DNA of 64,000 nucleotides, taken from NCBI GenBank assembly GCA_964016885.1, contig OZ024741.1:275032001-275096000 (forward strand), read 5' to 3'. The translations under genes and the position numbers were made by a program. Of this stretch, positions 15,623 to 31,979 are shown piece after piece. Source of the DNA: Eledone cirrhosa. Its lineage: Eukaryota. The notes under the pieces were generated by a model that saw only the letters and a list, made by a program, of their open reading frames with translations, was not told where the DNA came from and made no database searches. The first letter of the stretch is position 1. The number at the start of each line of letters is the position of its first letter.

Positions 15623-15691
15623 GTATATATATATATGTATATATATATATGTATATATATATATATGTATATATATATATGTATATATATG

Positions 15692-15808
<117 letters not shown>

Positions 15809-15823
15809 GAATATATATATATG

Positions 15824-16118
<295 letters not shown>

Positions 16119-16127
16119 GTATATATG

Positions 16128-16160
<33 letters not shown>

Positions 16161-16175
16161 GTATATATATATATG

Positions 16176-16220
<45 letters not shown>

Positions 16221-16443
16221 GTATATATATGTATATATGTATATATATATATGTATATATATATATATGTATATATATGTATATATGTATATATATATAT
16301 GTATATATATATATGTATATATATATATGTATATATATTTATATGTATATATATATTATGTAACTCATTCTTCTTACCCCAAGCGTGAAATTAATACACT
16401 TCATGTTATTGCATCCTCTAGTTTGTTCGTTTCCAGTTTCATT

Positions 16444-16525
<82 letters not shown>

Positions 16526-17031
16526 TATGATAGGGGTATATATACTGAGATATATAGATATATATACGTGTGTGTGTATATACATACATAAGCTTGTGTG
16601 TCTATGGATAAGATGTTACTAATTAAGATCATTATTCAACCTGAATATATATATATATATGTGTATATATATATAGAGGGTATCCCACAAAAATATATAC
16701 ACACTTTTATTAAAATGGTGTTGAAATGTGTATACATTTTGGGAGGACACTCTGTATATATAAACTTAGATAATATATTTATAATAGTTTATAACTTAGA
16801 TAATGTATACATATAAACATATATAATGTATATATATAAACAGATATATATATATATATATATATGTGTGGGTGTGTGTGTGTGTTTGTGTGTCTGTGTG
16901 TGCATCCGTATGTGGTTGACGGCTGAGAGAAATGAGTAGAAATCAACACCAAAATAGAGTTTTAATATTCTTTTTATTAAGGCCAAATATTGAGTCTTGT
17001 TACTCTGGAGTTTAACCTGTTTATTACAGGA

Positions 17032-17116
<85 letters not shown>

Positions 17117-17117
<1 letters not shown>

Positions 17118-17474
17118 CGGCGATGAATTAGTTTTGCGAGGTTTTGATATGAAATCGTGTGTCGAAACAAATATTGTTATACTAAATAAAGATGGCATAG
17201 AAAATACGATGCAACGGGAGGAAACAATAGCACCACTGACGATGTTGTAGATGTGCAACGAAAGAACTTTGATAAACTATATATCATGTGTTTGTGTCTA
17301 TATTGTATCTGTATTATTTTTGACCGTTGGTCAGTCAATGGCAACATTGAGGACCGAATAAATTAGATTACCGATATAAAAGACACAGAAGCGAAAAGCG
17401 AAACCAACCAAGCAGTGAGTGTGTTCTGTTATTAATTCTGGCAATATTACACAAATATGACCCTCCCCAAGTAT

Positions 17475-17480
<6 letters not shown>
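17117..17480 (+). mobile_element. Family K TA-flanked element with hammerhead-like core (relatives 47445-47583 and 47625-47783 minus)
   Basis: CTGACGA-T-GTTGTA-gatg-TGCAAC-GAAA at ~17237-17264; helices I and III are poor. GTGAGTGTG box; shared 3' end ATGACCCTCCC.AAGTATAACAAT. Confidence 0.55.
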
Positions 17481-17520
<40 letters not shown>

Positions 17521-17998
17521 AATGGCTTCTATAGGACTAGAACTGTTTCATTCGGGAGAAATCATATATATATATATATATATATATATACACGCACACA
17601 TACATATTTATATATGCATGCATGTCTGTATTAAATGATACATTTATAGGTGAAATATAACGAGTAAAGGGACACTACCGCCCCTAGGGTTCGAACCATG
17701 AATTTGTTGTCTACTGAACATTCACAGTTTATGTATATCATTAAAGATGTCAGGCTGTGTATTAATATACATATCTATGTGCCCCAGCATGGCCTCAGCC
17801 GGATGGCTGAAACAGTAAAAGAATATATATATTAAAGCGTAGAAATATCCGAGACCCCCGGCAGACAACTGATGAGGAAAACTCCCCCTCCATTCCTGCT
17901 TTCTTCTTATTCTTATTCTTATTTTTAAGCCTACCTTAACTAGCAAATACACAGTCAATCCTATTCTCCATATATTTTATATATATATATATATATAT

Positions 17999-18556
17999 TT
18001 ATTTATTAAAATAACAGATTAAAGTTTAAGCAAAGAATCGCTGCTTTCACCCTTAACGGATCTTCTGAAACTAAAACAATCAATCTGTGAACGCAGAAGT
18101 AAATATTTCGAAAAACGTTGCAACCGAAGGAAAACAGGAAGGCGATACTTTGGTTCGTCAGGAGTTTTAGGTATGTTTACCTGCTTGGTACGGGTATGTT
18201 CTTTGTAGAAATATTCAGATGTTGTTTCTGCATGATGAATATAAGTCAATAGAGTGCTCAACCGGGGGAGCCAAATAGTAATAATAATAAATTTGAAGAC
18301 TGAAATCCAAAGAGGGATCGATAAGGATAAATATATATCAAATATATAAGAACCATAGAGCAAATATTTATTAAAATAACAGATTAAAGTCTAAGCAAAG
18401 AATCGCTGTTAAGGGTGAAAGCAGCGATTCTTTGCTTAAACTTTAATCTGTTATTTTAATAAATATTTGCTCTACGGTTCTTATATATTTGATATATATT
18501 TATCCTTATCGTGCCCTCTTTGGATTTTAGTCTTCAAACTTATTATTATTACTATA
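17999..18556 (-). mobile_element. Family F element: ~365-bp monomer with partial direct repeat plus ~132-bp inverted arm (copy 2 ~36570-37130)
   Basis: 18000-18046 is repeated at 18365-18408; 18276-18408 is inverted at 18422-18556. Minus-strand hammerhead AGTTT-CAGAAGA-T-CC(C)-gttaa-GGG-T-GAAA-GCA..TGC-TT|AAACT at ~18022-18074. Confidence 0.7.
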
Positions 18557-18918
18557 TATATATATTCTTCTTTTACTTGTCAGTACAGTGTGACCATAAA
18601 GGGTCATCGCCTTATTATTTTAGTCGATCATATCGACACCAATACTTAATTTTTTCCAAGTCTGTGACTTTTATCGATTTCAAACCACTGCCAAAAGTAC
18701 TTTTTCAATTCTGCGAAAGCAGAAGGGTATCCCATACCGTAGAAATAATTTCGGATTGTTTTTATTTTGCAAAAGAACTGACCCTTTTTTATGTTACAAA
18801 GAAGGAACCCAGGATCCAAAAAAGCCCACAAAAACAAATTCGGACATTTTTTTTTTCTTCGTACGAATGTTCTTGTCTGTGGAAGTTCGTTAGTTGGATG
18901 TTCCTAAGGTGGGAATTA

Positions 18919-18966
<48 letters not shown>

Positions 18967-19022
18967 CTACCTTGATTACATCTTAACCATTTAACATCTC
19001 AGGGTATGTCATGTATCATTAT

Positions 19023-19075
19023 ATTTTGTCTGATGAGGACGTACTGTTGTACATCCGAAATATGTATAATAAAAT
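19023..19075 (+). ncRNA. Minimal type I hammerhead ribozyme, family H (element 18965-19220; copy 2 37605-37657)
   Basis: ATTTTGT-CTGATGA-GGACGTAC-tgtt-GTACATCC-GAAA-TATGTA-TA|ATAAAAT; TTGAGTGC at 19152. Confidence 0.8.
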
Positions 19076-19218
19076 GTAATTGATCAAAAGAACATCTATT
19101 TTATTAATACTTATATTTTAATATTAATAACTCCAGAAAATTATTTTACCGTTGAGTGCTTCCAATCTACTGTAAAACTCATTCTTTGACATAATCATTG
19201 AATATTGTTTAACACTTT

Positions 19219-19253
<35 letters not shown>

Positions 19254-19366
19254 CATAATTCTGTATAAATTAGTTGTATTATTTTATGTATTTTCCTTTC
19301 TGATACAAATCTAAGGTTTTGGCCCCAAAATTCAATCAGCCCCCACCCCACCCTCTCAGTATTCCC

Positions 19367-19566
19367 NNNNNNNNNNNNNNNNNNNNNNNNNNNNNNNNNN
19401 NNNNNNNNNNNNNNNNNNNNNNNNNNNNNNNNNNNNNNNNNNNNNNNNNNNNNNNNNNNNNNNNNNNNNNNNNNNNNNNNNNNNNNNNNNNNNNNNNNNN
19501 NNNNNNNNNNNNNNNNNNNNNNNNNNNNNNNNNNNNNNNNNNNNNNNNNNNNNNNNNNNNNNNNNN
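19367..19566. other. Assembly gap (200 N)
   Basis: Run of N. Confidence 1.
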
Positions 19567-19629
19567 GCCTTGTTTTGTCTAAGTTTCAAAAGTAGAAACA
19601 ATTATATATAAATAAATATATATATATAA

Positions 19630-19674
<45 letters not shown>

Positions 19675-19706
19675 TATATACATATATATATATACATATA
19701 TATACA

Positions 19707-19740
<34 letters not shown>

Positions 19741-19741
19741 C

Positions 19742-19840
<99 letters not shown>

Positions 19841-19853
19841 CATATATATATAC

Positions 19854-19886
<33 letters not shown>

Positions 19887-20517
19887 ATATGGAAAACGAA
19901 GAATCAGTGATGCATCGGAACATAATTTATTACGTATTACAATTGTTTCTCCGGCGAAGTGATTTCGAAGCAAAATCCTCTTTCGAAATCACTAGACGTA
20001 TCTGAGGAACTTGCCAATCCAGAGTCAGGTTCGATCCACAAACAGAGCGCACCTCGAGCTGTTCACCGGAGAAACAGTTGTAATACGTAATAAGTTGTGT
20101 TCCGATGCATTACTGATTTCTTCGTTTACCATATTATCATACTATGCTCTGAAGGAGCATAGAGTGCTCAACCGGCATACCGCCTATGGACGCATCCAAG
20201 CAACCTTACTACCGCATAAGGTGAAGCAATTGTTCTCGGTATGGTGTACCAAACTCGTCCCATGGACTGAGTGCTCTACCACTACGGATATACCTTCTAG
20301 TGTTCTACCTCTCTCTCTCTATATATATATATACATATATATGTGTGTGTGTGTGTGTGTTAGGTAATTCCGAAGAAAAAGCAAGAAAAAAGAGTGCTCT
20401 ATGTATAGAACAGAGCTGTTTAGTTATAAAGTGAACAACACAATATATAACTACTCCATTATCAAAGGTTTCAGGATCCTAGACAATATTAATATACGTC
20501 TGGATCGTTCATGAGAC

Positions 20518-20568
<51 letters not shown>

Positions 20569-21266
20569 TGAAGAATGGCGTGCTGCGTTGTTGCGAACAT
20601 GAACATATGAATAAAAATAGACCAAGGGATAAAATGTCCTCATCAGTAGTCTGCTGATTATCGTTGGTATTTCGACGCATTAAAGACTAGATAACTAAAA
20701 TCAGTGCGATCGATAACTCAAATAGAAAACAAAAACGAGGATGTTTCGTTTACATAGTTGTTTCTAATTTAGGCACAAATCCAGCAATTTGAAGAGGAGG
20801 GGAAAGTCGATTAAATCGATACCAGTGTATTACTGGTGCTTTATTTTATCGATCCCGTAAGGATGAAAGGCAAAGTTAACCTCGGCGGGATTTGAACTCA
20901 GAATGGCAAGGGCCGTAACTCTATTCGTCAAAGCATGGCGTCCGACCCTCTACCAATACTGCTTACATAATGAAAAATGTTTATTGCGTATCGACCTGTT
21001 GTTACGCACGTTTCGCAGAGAATTGGCTCAAGGTGATCCATAGGAGTTCTGGATCCGTCTCCAGTATCGATCAGCTCGTCAGACTGGTGGAGTGTAAACA
21101 TCATGTTTAATAGGGAAATGTCTTCTACAGGACTAGAACTGTTTCATTCAAAAGAAATCATCAGGAAAGTATCCCTGGTGATTTCTTTTGAGTGTGGGGC
21201 GTGTGTTAGAAGAGTATTGTAGATATATATATGTATATATGTAAATATATATGTATATATATGTAA

Positions 21267-21298
<32 letters not shown>

Positions 21299-21322
21299 GT
21301 ATGTATATATATGTATATATAT

Positions 21323-21389
<67 letters not shown>

Positions 21390-21407
21390 TATATATATAT
21401 ATATATA

Positions 21408-21500
<93 letters not shown>

Positions 21501-21519
21501 GAATATATATATATATATA

Positions 21520-21561
<42 letters not shown>

Positions 21562-21566
21562 TATAT

Positions 21567-21638
<72 letters not shown>

Positions 21639-21639
21639 G

Positions 21640-21731
<92 letters not shown>

Positions 21732-21799
21732 TGTATATATATGTATATATATATATGTATATATGTATATATGTATATATATATATGTATATATATATG

Positions 21800-21882
<83 letters not shown>

Positions 21883-21979
21883 GTATATATATATATGTAT
21901 ATATGTATATATGTATATATATATGTATATATGTATATATGTATATATATATGTATATATATATATGTATATATATATG

Positions 21980-22011
<32 letters not shown>

Positions 22012-22043
22012 TGTATATATATGTATATATATATATGTATATA

Positions 22044-22074
<31 letters not shown>

Positions 22075-22110
22075 TTATTTATATATAATTGTTTCTACTT
22101 TTGACACAAG

Positions 22111-22364
<254 letters not shown>

Positions 22365-24064
22365 CACACATATATATATATATATATACATATACACACA
22401 TATATATATACATACATATATAAATATATAAACTCTTCTAACTCTAACCTCGGGTCACTCATGACAACATGTCAGTCCTCACAATACATTCCCTCACGTA
22501 TAGACCTGACTTAACAACACACACACACACGCCGCCACCCTCACATTCACACATAGCCCAGACCAACACACACATACCCACACCCCACACTCACCAACAC
22601 ACCCACACATACACACGACCTGTACACCACAACTTTCACCACCACATCACCACCCTCCACCACCACCACCCTCCACTGCCCAACCAACACTACACCACCC
22701 CTCTCCTACACCCATCCCTGCCACCAACACCGCCTACCCCTTCATACTCTGCTACTGATAATTCTCTCAATACACACACACACACATATACGCACACATA
22801 CAAACATGCTCAAGCTCATACATATATATACATACAGACACTCACAGACACATATACATACGCACACATACAAACACACACAGACATGTACATACCCACA
22901 TACAAACGTGCCCAAGCACACGCGTATATATACAGTCACACACATATTTATATATACATACGCACACATACAAACATGCCCAAACACACATATATACATA
23001 CAGACAACACACACATACGCATAAGGACCCTTTAGTATGAAGTTCTAGGGTCTAGGCCCTTGAGTCATTGATCTAGATTTACAGCTATAATGTTTTCTTT
23101 AATATATATCACTCTATTCCAATGATTTGATCAGAGACACACACTGTATTTAAGGTCGAGTGACGCAACTTCGAATGATTAGCGGTCTTTAGACTCACCT
23201 GATCAATGAAACAATTGTTAATACTAGAAATGGATTGGCAGTATCGGTAGAGGGTCGGACGTCATGCTTTGACGCATAGAGTTACGGCCCTTGCCATTCT
23301 GAGTTCAAATCCCGCCGAGGTCAACTTTGCCTTTCATCCTTACGGGGTCGATAAAATAAAGTACCAGTAATGTACTGGGTAATTGCTGGCCTTGTGCCAA
23401 AAGTAGAAACAATACTGTAAATAAAACCCGTTTTGTACAGCCGACCATGTTATTCTTCAACCTTTCACTATTATTACTCCAAGAATGACCTGCATGAGAA
23501 TTCTCGCAAACTCGCTACCTAACTAAAGAAACCACTACAGCGTACGGAGTTAAGGTCTTCAGAGAAGAAACACCTCTCAAGCAAGTATTTCGGCTCTCTC
23601 TATCTAAGTTAAGGACAGTAGGTCTTCAGAGAAGAAACAGCACTCAGGGAAGTGTGCAGGTCCTTAATTTAGATATCAAGAGCCGAAACAATTACCGTTA
23701 AGAATGTGTCCGATGCTCTAACGATTCTGCCAGTCGACTGGCCTAATGTGGTTAAGAAATAATATCATTAATTGAATGACTAATAAGGTATAATTAGTTT
23801 GGCAAGTAAGAGCAGATAACTGTGGCATTTTTTGGTCTTATTAAACCTCATCAATGAAGTATATCTTTCGATATATTAACACGAGTTACTTCTAGACATA
23901 AGAGCACAGTAGTTGGTCTTGTGTATTAATGACGCAATGACAGACAAGAGAATCGATTAAAAATCGAATCCAAGACGATGATTATTATCCCAACATTAGC
24001 ATACTCATCTGTATCTCTGTAGGTCCTGTCTATCTCTCTGTGTATTTATCTATCTCCCCACCCC

Positions 24065-24105
<41 letters not shown>

Positions 24106-24251
24106 GTTGTTTATATTTATATGTATGTGAGTGTGTGTCTGTTCTGTTTAACTAAGTAACTGTCACTGTTTATTTATCTAGCTGTCAAGCTACCCAAGAG
24201 TGACAAGGTATCTCTCAACACACTCACACACATATACACACACGCCGCACG

Positions 24252-24310
<59 letters not shown>

Positions 24311-24473
24311 GGGGTGCACAAGGCAAAGACAACGTAAACTGAACAGTCCCCATCTTCAGTCAACCTCTGGAGATCACTATAGTTTCAGTATATATTATAT
24401 AAATTATATAACCTATCTTTGCCTTGTATTTTATTTTCCTTGTTCAAACACTCCCACCATATATATATATATA

Positions 24474-26632
24474 TACTCTATCTCCACCACCCACGTCCAC
24501 TTCTTAGACATCTCCGTCGCCTTCGACCCCTCCCACCACTCCCTCGTCACCTTCGCCTTCTTCAAACCCACCGACTCCCACTCCTACCTCGACTTCACCT
24601 CTTCCCACCCTACACACACTAAACACTCTATTCCCTACTCCCACCTCCTCAGGATCGGCCGCCTCTGTAGCCGAGATGCTGACTTTGAGTCCCAGGCCCT
24701 TTCCCTAGTCAGCCATTTCATCCGCAGAGGTTACCCCCGCTCTCTCGTCCACACCGCTCCCACCCGCGCCCGTGCTGTCCACCTGCACCACCACCCTCAC
24801 TCCACGCCACCGCACACCCACCCACCGTCTCCCCTTCCCCATCACCTACCACCCCTCCACCATACCCCTCCACCGCACCATCCTCCGCCTCTTCCGACGC
24901 CTCCAGTCCGACCCCTCCACCTCCCACATCTTCCCAGCCCCACCACTCCCCTCCTTCAAACGCGCACGCAATCTCCGCATCCTCCTCGTCCACAGCTCTC
25001 TACCCCCAACCCACGCTCCCCCCCGGTTCCCTTCCCTGTTCCAGGCCCCGTTGCAACATCTGTCCCCACATCACCAACACCACCACCTTCCGGGGTCCCA
25101 ACGGCCACTCTCTCTCTGTCCGGCATGCCTTCCGCTGAACCTCCTCCAGCCTAGTATATGGACTTCGCTGCACGGAGTGCAGCGCAACCTACGTCGGACA
25201 GACTGGACGTCGCCTGGCGGACCGGTTTACCGAACACCTCCGAGATATTCGTCTCGGTGGTAGTTCCCCCATCGCCCGCCACTTTGGTGCCCCTCACAGT
25301 CTGTGGCCTACTCCAATGCCACGGAACACCCGCCACTCTCCTCAGTGTCGAACAATGAACCATCTTCACCCTACAGACCCACACTCCCCCCGGCCTGAAC
25401 TCGCCACCCTTATTCCTTTAGCCTTCGACCGCCCTCTTCCCACACATATCCCCCACTAACACCACTAACACACGCCTCCTTTTCACCGCCCACCCCACAA
25501 CTAACAATACTAACACCTCCACCCCACACCCGACCACCAGTATACTAACACCCCCTTCACCACACACACACTCATCCAAACACGCACACACACACCAGTA
25601 CACTACACTCCCTCCACCGGCGCCCACACCTTTCTCTCCCCGCTCCACCCACACCCTTTCACACCTACCCATCCTCTCCCCTGTCCACCGCACCTCCGCA
25701 CACACTGACACACCGACTTTCTTCACTTACCATTCTCCCCGACTGCTGCTATGCCCTGAATCTCTGACCACCTCCCCGCACACACAGACACACAACCCTC
25801 CTCCTGCCTTGACCCTCTGACCACTTCCTGTTGCGCGCGCACCCCACATCTCCCCTCTTCCGACCAATCCAACCACGGATTACACACATTGGACATCGCT
25901 CCCAAGAATCAACCACATCTCAAGGAAATTACCCAGCATTCCACCATCTCCTCTACGGAACTACCTTAGGGACCCACCTACTGACATACACTAAAAAAAA
26001 ATGTTTTCCCACACGCCACCTACATCCACAACACGTATAAACACCACACACACGTGCGTACCACCACATATTTACACACTCAGCCTCCGGAATCCTCTCC
26101 CACCCCCACCCATTTGACCCCTCCCCACACACACCGACCTACACCCCACCCCGCACACACTGACCTACACCCCACCCCACACACACCGACCTACACCCCA
26201 CCCCACACACACCTTTTCCTGAACATGCAACCCCGTTCTTCCCCCAACTCTTACTTGCACATACACACACACACACACACCACCTTCAGCCCTCCCCGCT
26301 CGGACACCCCGCCTCCCTCTCCCCACTCCACCTGCCCCCACCCCTACACGCCCAACACCCTTCCACCACCTGTTTTTCTTCATGTTTATTTTTATTTTTA
26401 TTATGCTTTTATATTTAATTTCATTTGCACCGTTTCCTCTCACCCCCTTTTTTTCTATATGTCTCTCCACCACTCCCCTACACAGCCTTGGAACTCTCTT
26501 CCCACACACTTTTCACCTGAAGAAGGGCTTATGCTCGAAACGTCGTTCCCCACCACCACCCCACTCTCAAGAGCGTGAAACTAATAAACCTTTGTTCGTA
26601 CTGCCTCTCTGTTTTGTTCCCGTTCAATTTTT

Positions 26633-26636
<4 letters not shown>
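24474..26636 (+). mobile_element. Second (allelic) copy of the Penelope-like element, with intact GIY-YIG motif
   Basis: Reads TSSSLVYGLRCTECSATYVGQTGRRLADRFTEHLRDIR at ~25138-25255; hammerhead core at 26517. Confidence 0.85.
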
Positions 26637-26729
<93 letters not shown>

Positions 26730-27012
26730 GAATAACATGGTCAACAGTACAAAAAGGGGTTTTATTTACAGTATTAACAATTGTTTCACTGATTAAGTTG
26801 TCTAAAAATTGCTGAACACTTGAAGCTGTGCCACTCAAATTTAAATACGTTGTTAGCTTAACCAGATCATCAGAAAGGCTGTAAGAGAAGTCATAAACTC
26901 GCCACCTACGGAAACCTCTTGTTGAGTCAAACAACGCCGTACGCTAAAACTATCCACAATACGAAGTATTCCCAACCTCTAACTGGATTACCTATAACGA
27001 TATTTTGTTATC

Positions 27013-27081
<69 letters not shown>

Positions 27082-27440
27082 TATATATACATATATATAT
27101 ATATATAAGTAGAAAATGCTGAAGAGATTCTTTCAGTGTAATATCAAAATATATATTTTTTTTTAATATATATTTGTTAAGAGGATATTTCCGCATTTAA
27201 TAATGGTACTGGTTTTAGCATTATATGCATTGTCAACAGCGGATATGCATAATATGGTTAAGTTCCATATTTATACAATTTATACAAATAATAATAATAA
27301 AAAGTGTAAGAAAATTATTAATTTTTACATACATATTTTGAAAGGAGAGTTCATATCTCTCTCCGTCTTTGTCCTTCTTTCTCTTTTAGTATATATATAT
27401 ATATAATGTATAAAAAAATATATATATATATATAATGTAT

Positions 27441-27497
<57 letters not shown>

Positions 27498-27711
27498 TAT
27501 AATATATATATATATAATGTATAAAATATATATATATATATAATGTATAAAATATATATATATATATAATGTATAATATATATATATATAATGTATAAAA
27601 TATATATATATATAATGTATAAAATATATATATATATAATGTATAAAATATATATATATATAATGTATAATATATATATATATAATGTATAAAATATATA
27701 TATATATAATG

Positions 27712-27742
<31 letters not shown>

Positions 27743-27745
27743 ATG

Positions 27746-27776
<31 letters not shown>

Positions 27777-29737
27777 ATGTATAATATATATATATATATA
27801 TAATGTATAACATATTTATATATATATATATATAATGTATAAAATGATATATATAAGAAGGCTAAGACAAAACAAAATGGACGGTAAAATGGCGGCAACG
27901 AAAATATTTGTTACCTGGTATTTATTATTATCTTTATTTTTTTTTTCTTTCCTCCTAAAATTTCAGGACTTAAAAAATCCCTTCCTTAGCGTATGGCGAA
28001 CTCGCAGAACAAAACGTTCTTGTCTTATCGCTTTGAAATTTGATTATATATATATATATATACAGATAAAATTTCGTTATAACGAATTTTTCAATATAAC
28101 GAAATCATTTTCAATCCCCGAGGTAATAACAAACAAACGCTCGATTTTTTTCTCTTGATCTCATTATAAAGTTTTTTTTTCGTTACAACGAATTTTTTTT
28201 ATACCCTGTGAATTTCGTTATAACAGAATTTCACTGCTTATCATTTATATAGTTTATATCATTTATATCATTTATATATCTTTGGCGGTCGATTAATTGT
28301 AGGTTTGTTGGGTATTTGTTCCGAATCTCTATGCTGAGTTCAAATCAGGTCCAGACCCAAGTTGCCTCTCATTATTTTGGCGGTGGATTGGCAGTATCGG
28401 TAGAGGGTCGGACGCCATGCTTTGACGCATAGAGTTACGGTCCTTGCCATTCTGAGTTCAAATCCCGCCGAGGTTAACTTTGCCTTTCATCCTTACGGGG
28501 TCGATAAAATAAAGTACCAGTAATGCACTGGATAATTGCTGACCTTGTGCCCAAAATAGAAACAATTATTTTGGTGTCGTATAAAAAAGGGAGTCAGCCT
28601 AGTGCTGGTGCAACTGTTTCTGTCATATCTTGGACGTTCCACTGGATCAGAAGAGAAGGGTGGTGAGAAGGTGTCCATGACTGATCACACTGCATGGCCA
28701 TTTAAACCAGCGGTCGCCAACCTTTCAGACCTCACGGACCAACTAAATTCATAATTTTAAACTCCACGGACCACTAATATGAATTTTTTTAAAAAGATAA
28801 ATACATTTGTAAAATAATTCTTTCTACTTTTGGCACAAGGCCAGCAATTATGACAATACATTACTGGTACTTTATTTTAACGACCCCATAGGGGTGAAAG
28901 GCAAAGTTAACCTCGGCGGGATTTGAACTCGGACCATAAAGGACCGTACCTCTTTGCTGCAAAGCATGGCGTCAGACCCTCTACCGATACTGCCAATCCA
29001 CCACCCTTTGTAAAATAATTGTTTCTACTTTTGGCACAAGGCCAGCAATTACCCAGTGTATTACTGGTACTTTATTTTATCGACCCCGTAAGGATGAAAG
29101 GCAAAGTTAACCTCGGCGGGATTTGAACTCAGATGACAAGGGCCGTAACTCAATGCGTCAAAGCATGGCGTCAGACCCTCTACCGATACTGCCAATCCAC
29201 CACCCTTTGTAAAATAATTGTTTCTACTTTTGGCACAAGGCCAGCAATTACCCAGTGTATTACTGGTACTTTATTTTATCGACCCCGTAAGGATGAAAGG
29301 CAAAGTTAACCTCGGCGGGATTTGAACTCAGATGACAAGGGCCGTAACTCAATGCGTCAAAGCATGGCGTCAGACCCTCTACCGATACTGCCAATCCACC
29401 ACCCTTTGTAAAATAATGATCAGAGAACTTCCATTATATTAATATAAAATGCTCCTATTAAATATAACAAATTTATAAATGTTTATATAATCATATAAGT
29501 AATTATATTATTAATAAAACATCAAAATTACAAATAATATCCAAATTTTTCTGCGGACCACCGCTTGGCGACCGCTGATTTAAATCGTCAGAGTACAAAT
29601 CCTTAGCTACATTCTAACAAGTCAAAGATTATCAATTAGTCACTATATCGATTTATCATAATCAATCAACCTTCTGAAGCGATCATAAAACAATGAACTG
29701 ATTAAGCATCGATCTTTGCCTTTTGTTTTCATTATTC

Positions 29738-29793
<56 letters not shown>

Positions 29794-30533
29794 ACGAAGG
29801 AAGTGTGATAAGGAACCAGGTGGACCATAACGCACCAGAATACTCGATACTTAGGGTAGTAGAGTGCGTAATAGGAAAAGAGTCAGGACCCCGACGGCTA
29901 AGCTCCGGCTGTTTTCACAGCTAGATCTAGCTGTCAAAACGGCAGGAGCTTAGCCGTCGGGGTCCTGCCTCTTTTCTTATATATATATATATATATATAT
30001 TTCAAGGAGACAACGAACAGAGGTACGAAAAGGCTTATTAGTTTCACGCTTTATATTAGAAAGAGTTCGACGTGTCGGGTTTAAGTCCTTCTTCAGGACT
30101 ACAAATAGAAACAGGATCACAATGGAGAAACAGAAAAAGGTCCAGTAAAGACAAAAAAAAAATCGAAAATCTAATTCAGAATGTTTATATATATATATAT
30201 TGATATATATACTTTAGAATCCACAGTTAATCAGGTATTAAATATATTAGTAGAAAAGATATAATCTATTCTATATAGAAATGATTCCTACAAGACTAGA
30301 CTAGAACTGTTTCATTCGTTTGGAATCATTAGCAATGACCTGATGCTTTCAAACAAATATGTGTGTGTGTGTGTGTATGTGTGTGTTTGTGTGTGTGTAT
30401 ATATTATATATATATGTATGTATATATATGTATATATATATATATATATATATAAATGTATATATATATATATATACGTATATATATGTGTGTGTGTGTG
30501 TGTATATTATATATATATCTGTGTATGTATATA

Positions 30534-30567
<34 letters not shown>

Positions 30568-30569
30568 CG

Positions 30570-30636
<67 letters not shown>

Positions 30637-30919
30637 CTGTGTCAGCAAGTCTCTACAATGAAACTACTGCTAACCACTGAAGTACGGAAACTTTCACCAA
30701 TGTTTTTTAGTTAAAAGCAGGCGCCCAGATTCCATAACTATGGTGGGTACATCGAGGTAGACGTGGTGGAGGGGTGAGTAGGCTGGAGGGTCGGAGGTTG
30801 GTGTGCCGTCGTCGTTTGCTGGTGATGGGGTTCCACACCCCATGTCCCCACCCTCTCTCCCTCCTCCTCTTCCCTCCTATGTACTCCACCTTCCACCCTT
30901 CAACATCCCATTTAACTTT

Positions 30920-30961
30920 TTACATCAACACACATCTCACACACTGGAGATAATCTACGAC
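30920..30961 (-). CDS. Putative terminal exon VVDYLQCVRCVLM*
   Basis: Acceptor tacttacAG; in frame with the upstream exon only if its GTCTGT donor is used. Confidence 0.35.
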   Translation of the reverse strand, partial: VVDYLQCVRCVLM

Positions 30962-31014
30962 CTGTAAGTACATTGTTGTGTGTTCACTCTTACTACTCGT
31001 TACATTACATACAC

Positions 31015-31047
<33 letters not shown>

Positions 31048-31062
31048 CATACATCATATATG

Positions 31063-31104
<42 letters not shown>

Positions 31105-31327
31105 TATATACATACATACATCATATATGCACACACACACACACACTCATACATATATATATACATACATACATCATATATGCATACACACACACACACA
31201 CTCATACACACACACAGACACAGACACACACACATACATATATACATACATACATCATATATGCACACACACACACACACAGACACACACACACACACAC
31301 ACATACACACACACAGACACAGACACA

Positions 31328-31430
<103 letters not shown>

Positions 31431-31806
31431 GTAAGGCTTCCTGATGATTTCTCCCGAATGAAACACTTCTAGTCCTGTAGAAGCCTTTTCTATATTAAAT
31501 ATTTATACTCTGCTTTGTATTGAGTACCTTACTTACTGTGGTTACCCCCGATTGAACCCGGGATAAACTTATATATATATATATATATAAACACACATAC
31601 ACACATACATACACATTCATACATACATTCACACATAATACATACACATATATACACATACATACATGTACACACACACATACACACACACACACACATA
31701 CACACACACCCACACACATATACAGATTTATATATAGAGAGAGACAAACAAACATATAGACAGATATATAGACACAGACACGTAAATACAAACATATATA
31801 TGTATG

Positions 31807-31936
<130 letters not shown>

Positions 31937-31945
31937 CACACACAA

Positions 31946-31979
<34 letters not shown>

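Noticed and set aside
18019-18966. 114-aa and 151-aa ORFs
   Set aside because: They overlap inverted-repeat element sequence and TA tracts, have no recognisable motifs, and the first changes length by frameshift between the two copies.
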